This document shows positions 51,841-63,029 of a stretch of 64,000 nucleotides of DNA, one piece after another (positions within the stretch are counted from its first letter, which is position 1; each line of letters begins with the position of its first letter). Source of the stretch: Elsinoe ampelina. Lineage: Eukaryota. The position numbers and the translations under genes are program-made. The notes under the pieces were generated by a model, which was not told the origin of the DNA, searched no databases, and worked only from the letters and a program-made list of their open reading frames with translations. The stretch spans positions 406,506 through 470,505 of the forward strand of contig ML992508.1 of NCBI GenBank assembly GCA_010093995.1. The letters are read 5' to 3'.

Positions 51841-53523
51841 ATGTATGCGCGGCAGACCCTACAGGCTGTTGGACCTGGACGGCCATACTTCCGCCTACTC
51901 GTCCGCCAATGTCGCCGCCAGAGACCAACGCGCTTCTACTCCAATGGACGAGACGACGGAGAGTCTGAGGATAGTCCGCTAGGCAGATCGCGACAGGAAC
52001 GAGCAAATCAGCAATCACAGCAGATCGAGGATTTGGATCGCAGCAACAGAAGAGCGGCAGTGGATGAGACAGGCACATGGGGTGCGGGGTCAGGCCAGCA
52101 GAATGATATCTCGCCTGAAGTAGAGAGGGAACGCACGGCAATGAGGAACGCCACAACACGAGCGACAGCATCGACACAGAGTACAGAGTCCGCAGGTACT
52201 CAAGAGACATCATCCGAAAACGAGGATCCCTCATTCACGCCCATTGCTGAGCTATCGGAGGGCCTAGGTAGGCAACCCAAGCAGCCAACTTTCGATCTCT
52301 CCCCAAGAGATCAAGCTGTTTACGACGCCAACCCGGGGGCTTACTTCGTATTTCAAAATCAGGAAGGGGACCACATTATGCGACCAAAGTCGGAGCTAGA
52401 GTCATTAGGCCTGGAAGTCGACGAGATCGAAGCGATCAACAACGACCCTCGTACCCACCTCGTCCTACAAGACGATGATGGCGAGTACGCGGTCGTGCGT
52501 CTAGAGAATGATGTCCAGGATGAGGACGACTTTGATTTCGCAGATTCACAACCTTCTCCGGGCACGCTCGAGCTTGGACTCTCGGAGATTGACCTTCGCA
52601 GGTACAAGGCCAGTCCTGGAGCCTTTCTCCTCATTTCCTCGCCTGATGGTCCATTACTTAGACCACGATCCGACCTCGGCAAGCTCGGTCTCTCCGAGAT
52701 TGATCGAGACACCTACCTCTCCAACCCGTCCGCATTCATGATCTCGCAAAACAACGACGGCACTCACACTGTCGAGCTCTACAGCAACTTCTCTTCTGAT
52801 CTTGAAGAAGATGATCTTGAAGAAGAAGACGAGGAACGTGTCGTCGACCGGCTCAGCTCCGGTATCGAGATTGAATCGACGACCGAGGAGGAGGATGATG
52901 ACATTGACGAAGCAAACACTCTTCAACGAGACCTTCACGACCTTGAGACCTACGATAAACACGAAGTCACCCCGATCCCATTCTTCCCTGCTGAGACATC
53001 CAAAGAGCAATACCTGCGAGCTGGACGGGGCAATGCTACAATTTCAGCTGCCAACTTTGAAGGCGTCGTGCAAGACCGCATCAAGGCACTGACGGACAAG
53101 AGACAGAACGACTTCCGATATGCACCTGACATTGCGAAGAGGATGATGAGAGGCGGTCTGGTATCATTTCAGTCAGAGAAAGAGCGAGACGAAGTCGTAG
53201 CAGCTGCGCAAGACTACGCATATAAGCTCAAAATATCAGCGAGCAAAGCGCGGAAGGGCAAGGACGAGGTTGCAGAGCATGAGTTTGCACCGCTGAGCGA
53301 CTCCATGCAGTCGGCGATCGTGGCGAGATACGTCAAAGGAAAGTACTGGGAGATGAGCAGGAAGCGGTACGACAGCGATCTGCTGAACCAAGTGTCCGCT
53401 GCGGTTGCGCAGAACAACACCTATCTTGGCCGGGACAGCGCAGTGTTTATGAAGAAGCTGCAAGCGATGGTCGCACCACCGCGGCAAGGGGAAGGGCAAA
53501 AGCAAGCCAGAAAGCAGACGTAG
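51841..53523 (+). CDS. Putative mitochondrial protein with internal 4x repeat (possibly mitoribosome-associated)
   Basis: Arg-rich, acid-free N-terminus ending RPTRFYS (presequence-like); long intronless ORF; acidic middle; helical C-terminus YVKGKY...NNTYLG. Confidence 0.6.
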   Translation: MYARQTLQAVGPGRPYFRLLVRQCRRQRPTRFYSNGRDDGESEDSPLGRSRQERANQQSQQIEDLDRSNRRAAVDETGTWGAGSGQQNDISPEVERERTAMRNATTRATASTQSTESAGTQETSSENEDPSFTPIAELSEGLGRQPKQPTFDLSPRDQAVYDANPGAYFVFQNQEGDHIMRPKSELESLGLEVDEIEAINNDPRTHLVLQDDDGEYAVVRLENDVQDEDDFDFADSQPSPGTLELGLSEIDLRRYKASPGAFLLISSPDGPLLRPRSDLGKLGLSEIDRDTYLSNPSAFMISQNNDGTHTVELYSNFSSDLEEDDLEEEDEERVVDRLSSGIEIESTTEEEDDDIDEANTLQRDLHDLETYDKHEVTPIPFFPAETSKEQYLRAGRGNATISAANFEGVVQDRIKALTDKRQNDFRYAPDIAKRMMRGGLVSFQSEKERDEVVAAAQDYAYKLKISASKARKGKDEVAEHEFAPLSDSMQSAIVARYVKGKYWEMSRKRYDSDLLNQVSAAVAQNNTYLGRDSAVFMKKLQAMVAPPRQGEGQKQARKQT

Positions 53524-53615
53524 ATATCATTGTAGAATACTGTACACCTCAACCCCACCAACGCCACGCTAAGCCATCCCGTCCATTCCCTATCCCATGC
53601 CTTCCAGACGCCTCC

Positions 53616-54882
53616 TCACTTGGCGTGCTTCAAAATCTCCTCATACAAATCCTCCGGGATCTTCCTCACAAAATTAATCGCATACGCCTTGATCTTCGCC
53701 GCCTGCAACGGCGGAAAACTCCTCAGTATCTGATTCGGGCTCGGACTCGCCAATATCTGATCCCTGATCAAGACCAGCTGCGCCACGATACACAACAAAT
53801 TCATATGGCTCCCAAACGCAAAATAAAAATCCCACAGCTGCAACACCTCGGGCAACGGCGGGGTGCAAGCACACATTGTCAAGACGGACGCGAAACCATA
53901 GATCCTCGCCTCCAGCCCTTTGCTCTTGAGGTACGAGCACAGTTTCGGGTCCACGATGGCGAGGATCCGGTCCACGAGCGCCAGTCCCTTGTGCACACCC
54001 TCCATGCTCCCGCGCACGTAACCCGGTACTTCAGCCGTGATGAACCGGTCGAACGCGGCGAAGGCCTCGCTCTCGGAGCGCGCGGCGTAGAGGAACGGCG
54101 CCGCGAGGACGTTCATCCCTTGCACGTAGCCCACGTGCGACGTGTCCCCGGCGTCGCTCCCCTCTGTGCCTGCTACGCTGCCGCGGGGGCGCGTGGTGAT
54201 GGAGCCGGGCGAGGGGAACATGGAGGCCGGGTCGCCGTCGAGGTGTTTGGGGACGGGCAGGGTCGGGGGCGACATCCAGCCGTTGACGCGGGCTTCGTGG
54301 GCGTCGTGGAGTTTCCAGGCCACGGCGTTGAGGACGCGGGTGAGGCTGTTTTCGGTGACGCGGCGGCGGAATAGAGGGTCCGTGGTGAGGGTGCGGAAGG
54401 TGTCGTTGCGGATTTTGGCGTAGGCCGGGGAGGCGCCTTGTTGTACTAGGTCGACGTAGGTTTTGGTCGGGAGGGGGGGGACGTTGAGGAGGACGAGCCA
54501 GGCGTAGATGCGGAGTTCGGACTGGGGTGGTCAGCATTAGATCCAAAGGCTGGCTGTATATGATGGTTGTAGGGAGGTGTCGATATGTGATCGCTTCAGG
54601 CGGAGGGAGGTGTCACAGGCGTTCGCCTCTTCCATCAGATGAGGCGGTCCATTGAGATGTTGTAGAGAACGAAAAAGGATTGGGGCTTCCTGTGAGAGGT
54701 CTCTAGAAACCTCCACATATAAATACAAAATAGACGAATGCAAGGAAAGTCTGTCTACGTACCATGCCGTCGCTATTTGCTGGTATGCCATCAGCAAGCA
54801 CAGAATCTCGTATCTGGTCAAGGCCGCCATGTACATCATTCCCTATCGGTCCGCGGACCAATAATGACTCTAGAGCTGCCAT
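53616..54882 (-). CDS. BUB2: Bub2/Cdc16 TBC-domain GAP (mitotic exit / septation network); 2 exons
   Basis: Exon 1 MAALESLL...DGIPANSDGM (54882-54763), intron 54762-54522, exon 2 SELRIYAW...KIRNDTFRT...YVQGMNVLAAPF...ACTPPLPEVLQLWD. Confidence 0.9.
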
Positions 54883-55066
54883 ATTTCGGAAATTGAGATT
54901 TGTTGGACGTAGTCTCGCAAAGTGTAGTCAATGTTTACTCAGTCCTATGCAGTGCGGCGCGCTTTCACATGTCGGCCCGACAGCAGACGACCCACTTCGG
55001 CTTCACCACTCTTCATGACTTCTCTGTTCTACAAAATCTACATACAGTACATCTCGATCATTCGCC

Positions 55067-55288
55067 ATGCTTCGACGCGAGCCTACAAGGATCACATTGA
55101 CCAAGGATGAGGTTCAAGCCTACCTGGATCAGGAGCCGGCGAAGAAGGCCGCTCGTGAAGAGGCCCAGAGGCGACAACAACAGATCGCAGCAGTCAACGC
55201 TGGCCAGATGAACCAGGCGCAAATGCCCGCTCAGGATCAGCGCACTCGAGATCAACGGATTGGTGTGTCCAATGCTCGCTCAGGATAG
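55067..55288 (+). CDS. CDC26: Anaphase-promoting complex subunit Cdc26/Hcn1
   Basis: N-terminus MLRREPTRITLTKDEV matches the Cdc26 MLRRxPTxI/LxL motif; 73 aa; good GCC-ATG context. Confidence 0.75.
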   Translation: MLRREPTRITLTKDEVQAYLDQEPAKKAAREEAQRRQQQIAAVNAGQMNQAQMPAQDQRTRDQRIGVSNARSG

Positions 55289-55533
55289 TATCTGAGTGGC
55301 AAAGCGGACTCCTTGCGTGGCGAGTCCGGTTCTAGAGGTCGGAATCAAGCATTCCTCAATCAGCTACCACGTAAACATGGAATTCTTCGCGCACGCGCTT
55401 GCAAGAAAGTTGCACCTTTGATCGTACACTGAACGAACACGACAGACCAACTACAGTCACTCTTTTGGTGTGCCTGAATCGATCGACGGTGTACTTGTGT
55501 ATAACCAAACGAGTGGAAAGCAATCTAGAGGCG

Positions 55534-58171
55534 ATGGCTGTTCAGGGCCGCTGTGGCATTTGGCTACTGCTTGGGTCACTAATACTTGCCTTTTCGGTAA
55601 GTTAGCCTCGAGCAACGATGGTTGAGATTCTACTGACATACTGCTAGCATCTGACAGCAGCGGCGCATGGAGTCTCACACGATCATGTCAACCTACATGT
55701 AGAGCGGCAAGCACCGATAGATAGCGATTGGTGGTACGCTCAGATCAAGCATCAAGGGAGACCGGCTTACGGCAACAATGCGACTTACCAGCCGTGGCGA
55801 AACGTCAAGGACTACGGTGCAAAAGGTGTGTACTTCAGGACTACTTACGAGATGCAATTGACACTTTCCTAGGCGATGGCGTGACGGATGACACCGACGC
55901 CATTAACAACGCTACCTGGGATGGCAACCGGTGTGGATACTTCAACGACTGCAACCAGCAAACGACAGCTCCTGGTATCATCTACTTTCCACCTGGCGTC
56001 TACCGAGTGAGTCGACCGCTGGTTATGTTGTACTACACACAATTTGTCGGTGATGCGGTGGATATGCCAGTGATCAAGGGTCTCCCAAACTTCTTCGGCA
56101 TCGCTTTGCTCGATTCAGATCCATATCTGGCATACGGCTTCAATTGGTATCAAAATCAGAACAACTTCTGGCGACACGTACGAAACTTCGTGATCGACAT
56201 GACTGAGATGCCGACTCGAGGGCGTCAAAGTGGAATCCATTGGCAAGTCTCCCAGGGGACAACTATAATGAATGTCGTATTCAATATGGTCGAAGGAGAC
56301 CCGGAGAATGAACAACAAGGTATCTTCATGGACAATGGGTCTGGTGGTTGGGGTGAGAATCTTGTCTTCAATGGAGGCGGCATTGGTCTCTTTGCTGGGA
56401 ACCAACAGTGGGCCTGGCGGAACATGACCTTCAACCGCTGCCGCACCGCCATCTTCCAGAACTGGAACTGGGTCTTCCTGTACAAGTCAATCACGATCAA
56501 TGACTGTGATGTCGGACTCGATATGACCCAAGGTGGCAATGTCATCACGACTTCTTCAATCATTCTGCAGGACAGTGTCATGAACAATGTCCGCAGAGCT
56601 GGTGTGCTCACGACTTTTGTCGGCAACTCGACCCCGATCGCCGCAGGTACTTTCGTCATGGACAACGTTGATTTTGTCAATACACCTGTGGCACTCGCAT
56701 TCCAGAACGACTCGGTGATCGTCGAAGGCAATCAGCGTATTCAGTCTTTTGTGCAAGGGCGGGCTTACACGGTGTTTGATGGGGAGACCCAGTATGGCAA
56801 CCAGTCTTGCTTCAACCCAACAGTCAATGCTGCTCGCGTGCAAACGCTGGCAGATCCGCCACCAAAGCCCCTCTCCCTGCTTGATGACGATGGAAGGATC
56901 TTCGAGAGAACAAGGGACCAATATATTGGAACTCCGGTCTCTTCCTTTGTCTCAATCATGGATTATGGGTGCATCAATGACGGCTTGACGGATCAAACGC
57001 AATGTGTTCAGGACTTCTTCAACTCTATCCGCGAGGATCAGATCGCCTTCATAGATCATGGAGCGTACATTATTACTGGGACCGTGGAGATACCCATCAG
57101 GATCAAGATGGTCGGAGAGGCATGGTCTTATTTCATGATCGACAATCGGCTGGGCACCTTTAGTGACGAGCTCAACCCAGTTCCTGCTTTCCGAGTTGGC
57201 CGGCCTGGTGAGGAAGGCGCTGTTGAGATGCAAGAAATCATCTTCCAGACCAGAGGCCCCGTACCTGGCGCTATCATGATGGAGTGGAATTTGGCAAACG
57301 AAGGCGGGCGAAAGGGAGCCAACTGTAAGATCATTTCATGTCGTCACAAGTATACACTGACCACAGCCAGGCATGTGGGACGTCCACTGGCGTATCGGTG
57401 GCACGAACGGCACCCAGCTTCAGACACCTCTTTGCACCAAGACACCCAGCCGAGCAACCGAAGTGAACCCTCAATGCATCGCCGCCTTCCTCCTCCTCCA
57501 TCTCACCACTACCGCCCAAGTCTACATGGCCAACAATTGGGGCTGGGTATCCGACCACGAACTCGACCTCTACGACCACGACCAAATCAACCTCTACAAC
57601 GGCCGAGGCATCCTCGTCGAATCCCAAGGCCCCGTCTGGCTCTACGGCACCTCCTTCGAGCACCACGTGCTCTACAACTACCAAATTTCCAACGCCAAAG
57701 AAATCTACATGGGCGTCATCCAAACCGAAACCGCGTAAGTCCCCCTTCCCCCTCCGCCTTCTCCCCCCGCCCTATCCTCCCCTCTAAGTACCACCCAGAT
57801 ACATGCAGTCCAACCCCAACTCCCTCACGCCCTTCACGCGCCAACCCACATGGCACGACCCGGACTTCAGCAATTGCTTCAAATCAACCTGCTACAAAAC
57901 CTGGGGCCTCCGCATCACCGATTCTTCCTACGTGTACCTGTACGGCGGCGGCATGTACAGTTTCTTCGACAACTACGACACCGGGTGCCTGCTGACGACC
58001 AATTGCCAGCAGAACATGGTGAGTCTGGAGCGCAGTCAGGCCGTGTACATGTATGCGGTCAACACGGTGGGGACGGAGAATATGGTCTTGGTCGATGGGG
58101 TGGGGCTGAGTCCGTCGGGCCCGAATGAGAATTCGTTTAGTGATACGATGGCGGTTTTTAATTTTCCGTGA
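55534..58171 (+). CDS. GH55 exo-beta-1,3-glucanase (secreted, two beta-helix domains); about 5 exons
   Basis: Signal peptide; WRNVKDYGAK/GDGVTDDT, YFPPG.Y, YYTQFVGD, NQNNFWRHVRNF, IHWQVSQGT, MWDVHWRIGG, WGWVSDHELD, GRGILVES, IQTET. Confidence 0.92.
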
Positions 58172-58252
58172 GGGAGTCAACGGGGACGATGGGGGGGCGG
58201 TGGTGGAGGGGTGGAGGCGATGGGTGGGACGAAGGGGAGGAGATGAAGGGGA

Positions 58253-58333
58253 GGAGGTGAAAGCCTGGAGGTGAAAGCCTGGAGGTGAAAGCCTGGAGGT
58301 GAAAGCCTGGAGGTGAAAGCCTGGAGGTGAAAG
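58253..58333. repeat. 14-bp minisatellite (GGAGGTGAAAGCCT) x5 plus an 11-bp partial copy
   Basis: Five perfect copies starting at 58253, 58267, 58281, 58295 and 58309, then GGAGGTGAAAG. Confidence 0.95.
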
Positions 58334-58711
58334 GGAGGAGTGAGCAGGAACGCAGCAGGACTTGATAGGAGAGGGGGGAGTAATCTTCGGTATCTTTCAC
58401 ATTTGCATGCAATAGTCTAGTCTGAAATGAATCGTACTTGGTTTCCTTCGTTGGATCTACCCTGCTTCGTGGAAAAATCTAGACACCCTGTCGTCATCCA
58501 AGAAGAGACCCCGACACGCCCGCTCGCTTGCAATTTTAGTTCTATCACTTGACCCAACGAGATCTTTTCTACTTCTTCTTCTCCTCCGTCACTCGCTCTC
58601 TTTCTGACCCCCAACTTCCTCTTCCTACCACGTTCACTACCTCCAGCCATCCCACTTCCCACACCCAAGCCTTCCCTATCCTACTCCCCACGCCTACCCA
58701 CCTTCGGATCA

Positions 58712-61700
58712 TCACCACCCCTCCTCCTCCTCCTCCTCCCTCTTCCGTCCATTCATAGCCTTACTCCTCGCCTGCAACGCCGCCGCCAACCCCGTCGCCA
58801 CCCCACCCCCTTGCGTAGGCGTACTCCTCCCACTATCCCCATTCGCCACTCCACTGTCCCTCGCCCCAGGCGTAGGCGGGGCAGGCTTGCGTCCCGCTGG
58901 CCTCTTGGCCGGCGGCACTGGAGGACCGGGTTTCGTTTTGGCGATGCCCACGCCGTTCGCAGGGGCGGTGGTCGAGCCGTTGGTTTGGGCGGGCGCGGGA
59001 GGGGGTAAGGGCCGGGATGCCGCGGGTGGTGGGGCGGCGCGGACTTCTTCGAGGTAGGCTGAGGGGACCCAGCCGGATTTGGTGTCGGAGGGGTCGCGGG
59101 CGAGCCACCAGCCTGGGAAGGGGGGTTAGTGGTGTTCGTGAAGAGGTGTAAGGAGGAAGAGAGGGGAGGGGAAAAGGCAAGAGGCGGAAGGGGGGCTGCG
59201 AAACGTACCATTGTTCTCCTTTTGGGTGACGATGATGGTGTCGCCTTTGCTGAGGGAGAACTCGCCGCTTGTTTGGCCGACGAAATCGTAGAGGGCTTTA
59301 TAGGTGGGTTCTTTGGGTGGTGCGGCTGCTGCTGGAGGTGGAGGTGGGGGAGGTGCGCGAGAGGATGCGGTGGGGATGACGTGGGCGGTGGCCGCTGATG
59401 CGGCGTGAGATTGAGAGTGGCCATTGACTGCTGCCACCGGAGCGGGCATTGCTTGCGAGACGGCGGCTGACTGACCGCCTCCTGGAAGTGGCCGCGCTTG
59501 TGGAGTCGGTCGTTGTTGTCGCGCTTGTTGCGAGAGCTTACCCATTTGTCCGCCCGGTCCGCCAGCTTTGAGGAGCTTGCCGCTTGTGATTGGCTTGGCT
59601 GCAACTTGCTTGCCTTTTGGTGTGGGTTTCGAGACCGAGTTTGGCGGTTCTCCTGGGCCGGTGTGGATAGTCCCAGACTTGTAGTTGTCGTCCCGAGAGA
59701 CGGAAGGATCTTTCACAACCTTGACAGTTGCTGGCTTGCCCGGCTTCTTGTTGTATTGAATTTGATCGGCAATGCGTAGATCGACAGTCCCTCTCGAGGC
59801 TTTCTTAAGGTAGGTGAAGAATTCCGTCTTGAATATACATGACAGAAGTGGGTCCGGCTCCTGCTGTGAGCCCACACCTAGTGAGAACCAGTCGTCCTTG
59901 AGCGTGGATGCGCTGACATACTTGATCGCACCGAGTGGGATCGTTCGTTCAGCCATGATCTGCACAGACTTGTTGACAAGAGCCTGCTTGACGATATAGA
60001 CACTCCTTTGTGTCAAGATGAGCGTGCGTGGTTCTGGTTTACTCGATCGTCCGAGTTTGGACACAAGCGTTTCCGCTCTGCATGAGAAGAGCACGCCTTC
60101 AGCGGCATTCAAGCCGATCGAGTTGCGGATCATCTCACCGGGACCACCTGGATTGGCGATACCAAGGTAATCTCCCAGGAACCTCCTGTAGCCGACCAGA
60201 CTGTACCTCCGTCGCTCCTTGCGGCCGCCAAGCACTTTGTGGCCCTCATCACGGAGCTCGATGAATTCCATTCCGCCAGTCTTGCGTCTCCAGAAGCGCT
60301 GGATGCGGGTGGCGCACTCGATCCGGTACCGCAAGTAGTTCCTCCAAGCGCGCTGAATGCGAATAGCCATATTGTGCCAGTACCGATCTCGCATGGTCTC
60401 CAAAGCAAAGAGAGTCTCTGGCGTCTTGATGAACACCTTGGTCACACCCATCTGGAACTCCTCCTGAGGTATGCTGGTGTCCTTCAAGATCTGCTTGACT
60501 CCAGACTTCGGGTCGCCCGACCACGTGTACTCGCCGGCATATGAAGTTTTTGGCGAAAGTAGGTAGAAGCGCTCAACGAACTTCTCGAATGTTTGTCTCG
60601 AAGCGAAACCAGCTCGCCTGATTCTGACGTTCTCCTGCAAACCAAGATATTTGATCTGATGCATGACATTTGGCACGTTGTATTCGGTAGGTGACTTGTT
60701 CTCGTTCGGCTTGATCGTTCGAATGTATGACGGAGAAGCTTTCATGAGAGTCGAAACAAGGTCATTGGCGGAAGCCTTGATCTTGTCGCCAGCTGTCGGA
60801 GGTCGTCGCTTGTCGTCCTGATTGACCTGGTGCGGGAAGAGAGTGTGGATGAAGCTGTTCTGACTCTGGCCCATCAGATTGAGAATATCCTTGAGCAATT
60901 GATCCTTGTTCTTGTCCGTCATGCCATCCACAGCGTACGACACATCACCGGCGTAATGCTTGATGACGAATTGTCCTTGTCGCGGCTGGAAGTTTGGATT
61001 TGACGAGAGCACATTTAGCCGCTGCACAAATGTCTGATCCGCTGCAGCTGGATCTGCGTGTGCAGTCGCACAAGCGTCATTCAGAGCGGCGAAAACTCCA
61101 GGCGGTCTCTTCTCTTCGATCAACTCGCACACGACCTTGTTGTCAAAGTACTTGATCGGTGTCCACTTGATCTGTTCTCGCTCATACTCATCTTGCTCGG
61201 CCTTCAATGTGAGCTGAATGAAGATTTGCTGCAACTTCTCGTTGACGTAGTTGATGCACAGCTGTTCAAAACTGTTCTTCTCGAAAATCTCGAATCCGTA
61301 AATATCCAAGATCCCGATCGAGTATGCGACTTGACCTTTTGCTCTAAGCGATTGGTTTACTCGTTGTACAAGCCAGTCAAACATGTTGTAGTAAATGGCT
61401 TTCGACAGAGCGTCTCGTACAGACATGGCCTGAGCGGGATTCAGCGGAACGTCGTATACCGACCCTCGTCGGCCTCCTCTGCTTGTCTCGATCAGTCTTG
61501 TCGTGAGCACTTTGTTTACGTGCTTTGCTTCGACTTCGAGCAGGTATGCCACAAAATCCACCACCGACTGGTCTTGCACCGCCGCGTTCCCTTGGTCGTC
61601 CTCGGAAAATGTGCAGTTGCCCAGCCACAAAATGGCTGACAACATCCTGAATACCTCGTCCTGCTCTTGCTGCGACATTCCAATGACCTTCATCGCATTG

Positions 61701-62536
61701 ATCGTGTCCTTGAAGTCTCCATGATCGTCGATCCCCTGCACATCGTAGCACTTCGATTTGCTTGTGTAGACGTAAGACTGCGGCGGTTGTACTCCGAAGG
61801 TCTGCTTATAGTTTTCGCTCGCTGATTTCGTGAACTGGTAAAAGATGTGAAAGTTGCGCTCGTTCGTAATCTGCCCTACCACCCTCGACTTCTCCAGTAG
61901 GTAGTTGTTAATGTTTGCGCCCACTGGCTGTCCTTGCGCATTGAATTGGATCTCGAGGTACTTGCCGAATCGCGACGAGTTGTTGTTCCTGAGTGTCTTT
62001 GCGTTTCCAAAAGACTCGAGCAGAGGGTTGGTGGCCAGCACCATGTCCTTTGTCTCTTGAATGGAGCTATCGCTGCCTCCCGACACGTTCGCGATATACT
62101 GCATGATCCGCTTGGCTGCCTCGGTCTTTCCAGCTCCTGACTCTCCCGAAATGATGATACATTGATTCTCCTTGTACGCATTCATGTTGTAGTATGACGA
62201 CTCGGCGATCGCGAATACGTGCGGCGCGACCTCCAATCTGTTCTTTCCCTTGTAGCTCTCCAGTACCTGATCGGTGTAGATACCCAGATCCCGGAAGGGA
62301 TTGACTGACACCAGCACATGGCCGATGTATGTGTAGATCTCGCCATTCTCAAATCGCTTCTTCAGATTCTCGTTGATGGCTTCGTTTGAGATCTTGCTGA
62401 TCAATGTGAGATCCGACACTCCGACTTCCTTCTTCTTGGTCGTCTCGAAGACAGCTTTCCGTACTGCTGGCTTGCTCCCTGATGGCTGAGAGGCCGAGGC
62501 ATCCTTCTTGCGCCCTGCGCGCTTCGTGACACCCAT
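58712..62536 (-). CDS. MYO1: Class I myosin (motor, IQ, TH1, SH3, acidic tail); 2 exons
   Basis: [32 protein letters not shown]3 ALYDF...GWW...GWVPSAYL across intron 59208-59113, C-terminal EEEEEEGW*. Confidence 0.96.
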
Positions 62537-63029
62537 AGTGCTGGGTTGGTACGGTAGGTAGTTGGGTGCGCTGCCTGGCTGTTGGAGATTGTGGGGATAG
62601 AGGGAGATGAGGTGTTTCGGACGTCGGGATAGGTTGTAGGGCTGTGTGACGTCGCCTGTGACCTGGCAATTGTATGTGAAGTCGAGAGAGGTGTAGCAAA
62701 GGTCAGCGACGGGGATTGGGAGAAAATGATGAGAGACTTGGTGGGATTGATTGAATGGCTACCCACCAACGTCACCCGCAGAGTGCTACACTACAGTACA
62801 CGCCCACGCTCACGCTCACGCATTTGCGCCTTTGCCCGCGCCGCCCTGCCACACCGGTTATGTCCGAAAAATGCCGGCAGAATCGAGTGTGGCTGAACGC
62901 GCAAGCCTCCGTCATCAATCTCAGGCATCACAATTCTGACTACTTGGCATACAACAAGACATGGTTCAACGACACTCATTTTTGATGCTATGACTATCCC
63001 CTCGCTATGCAATACACATGACCAGAACA

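Noticed and set aside
58253..58333. Direct repeats as a possible CRISPR array
   Set aside because: No spacers, 14-bp unit, eukaryotic context, no cas genes
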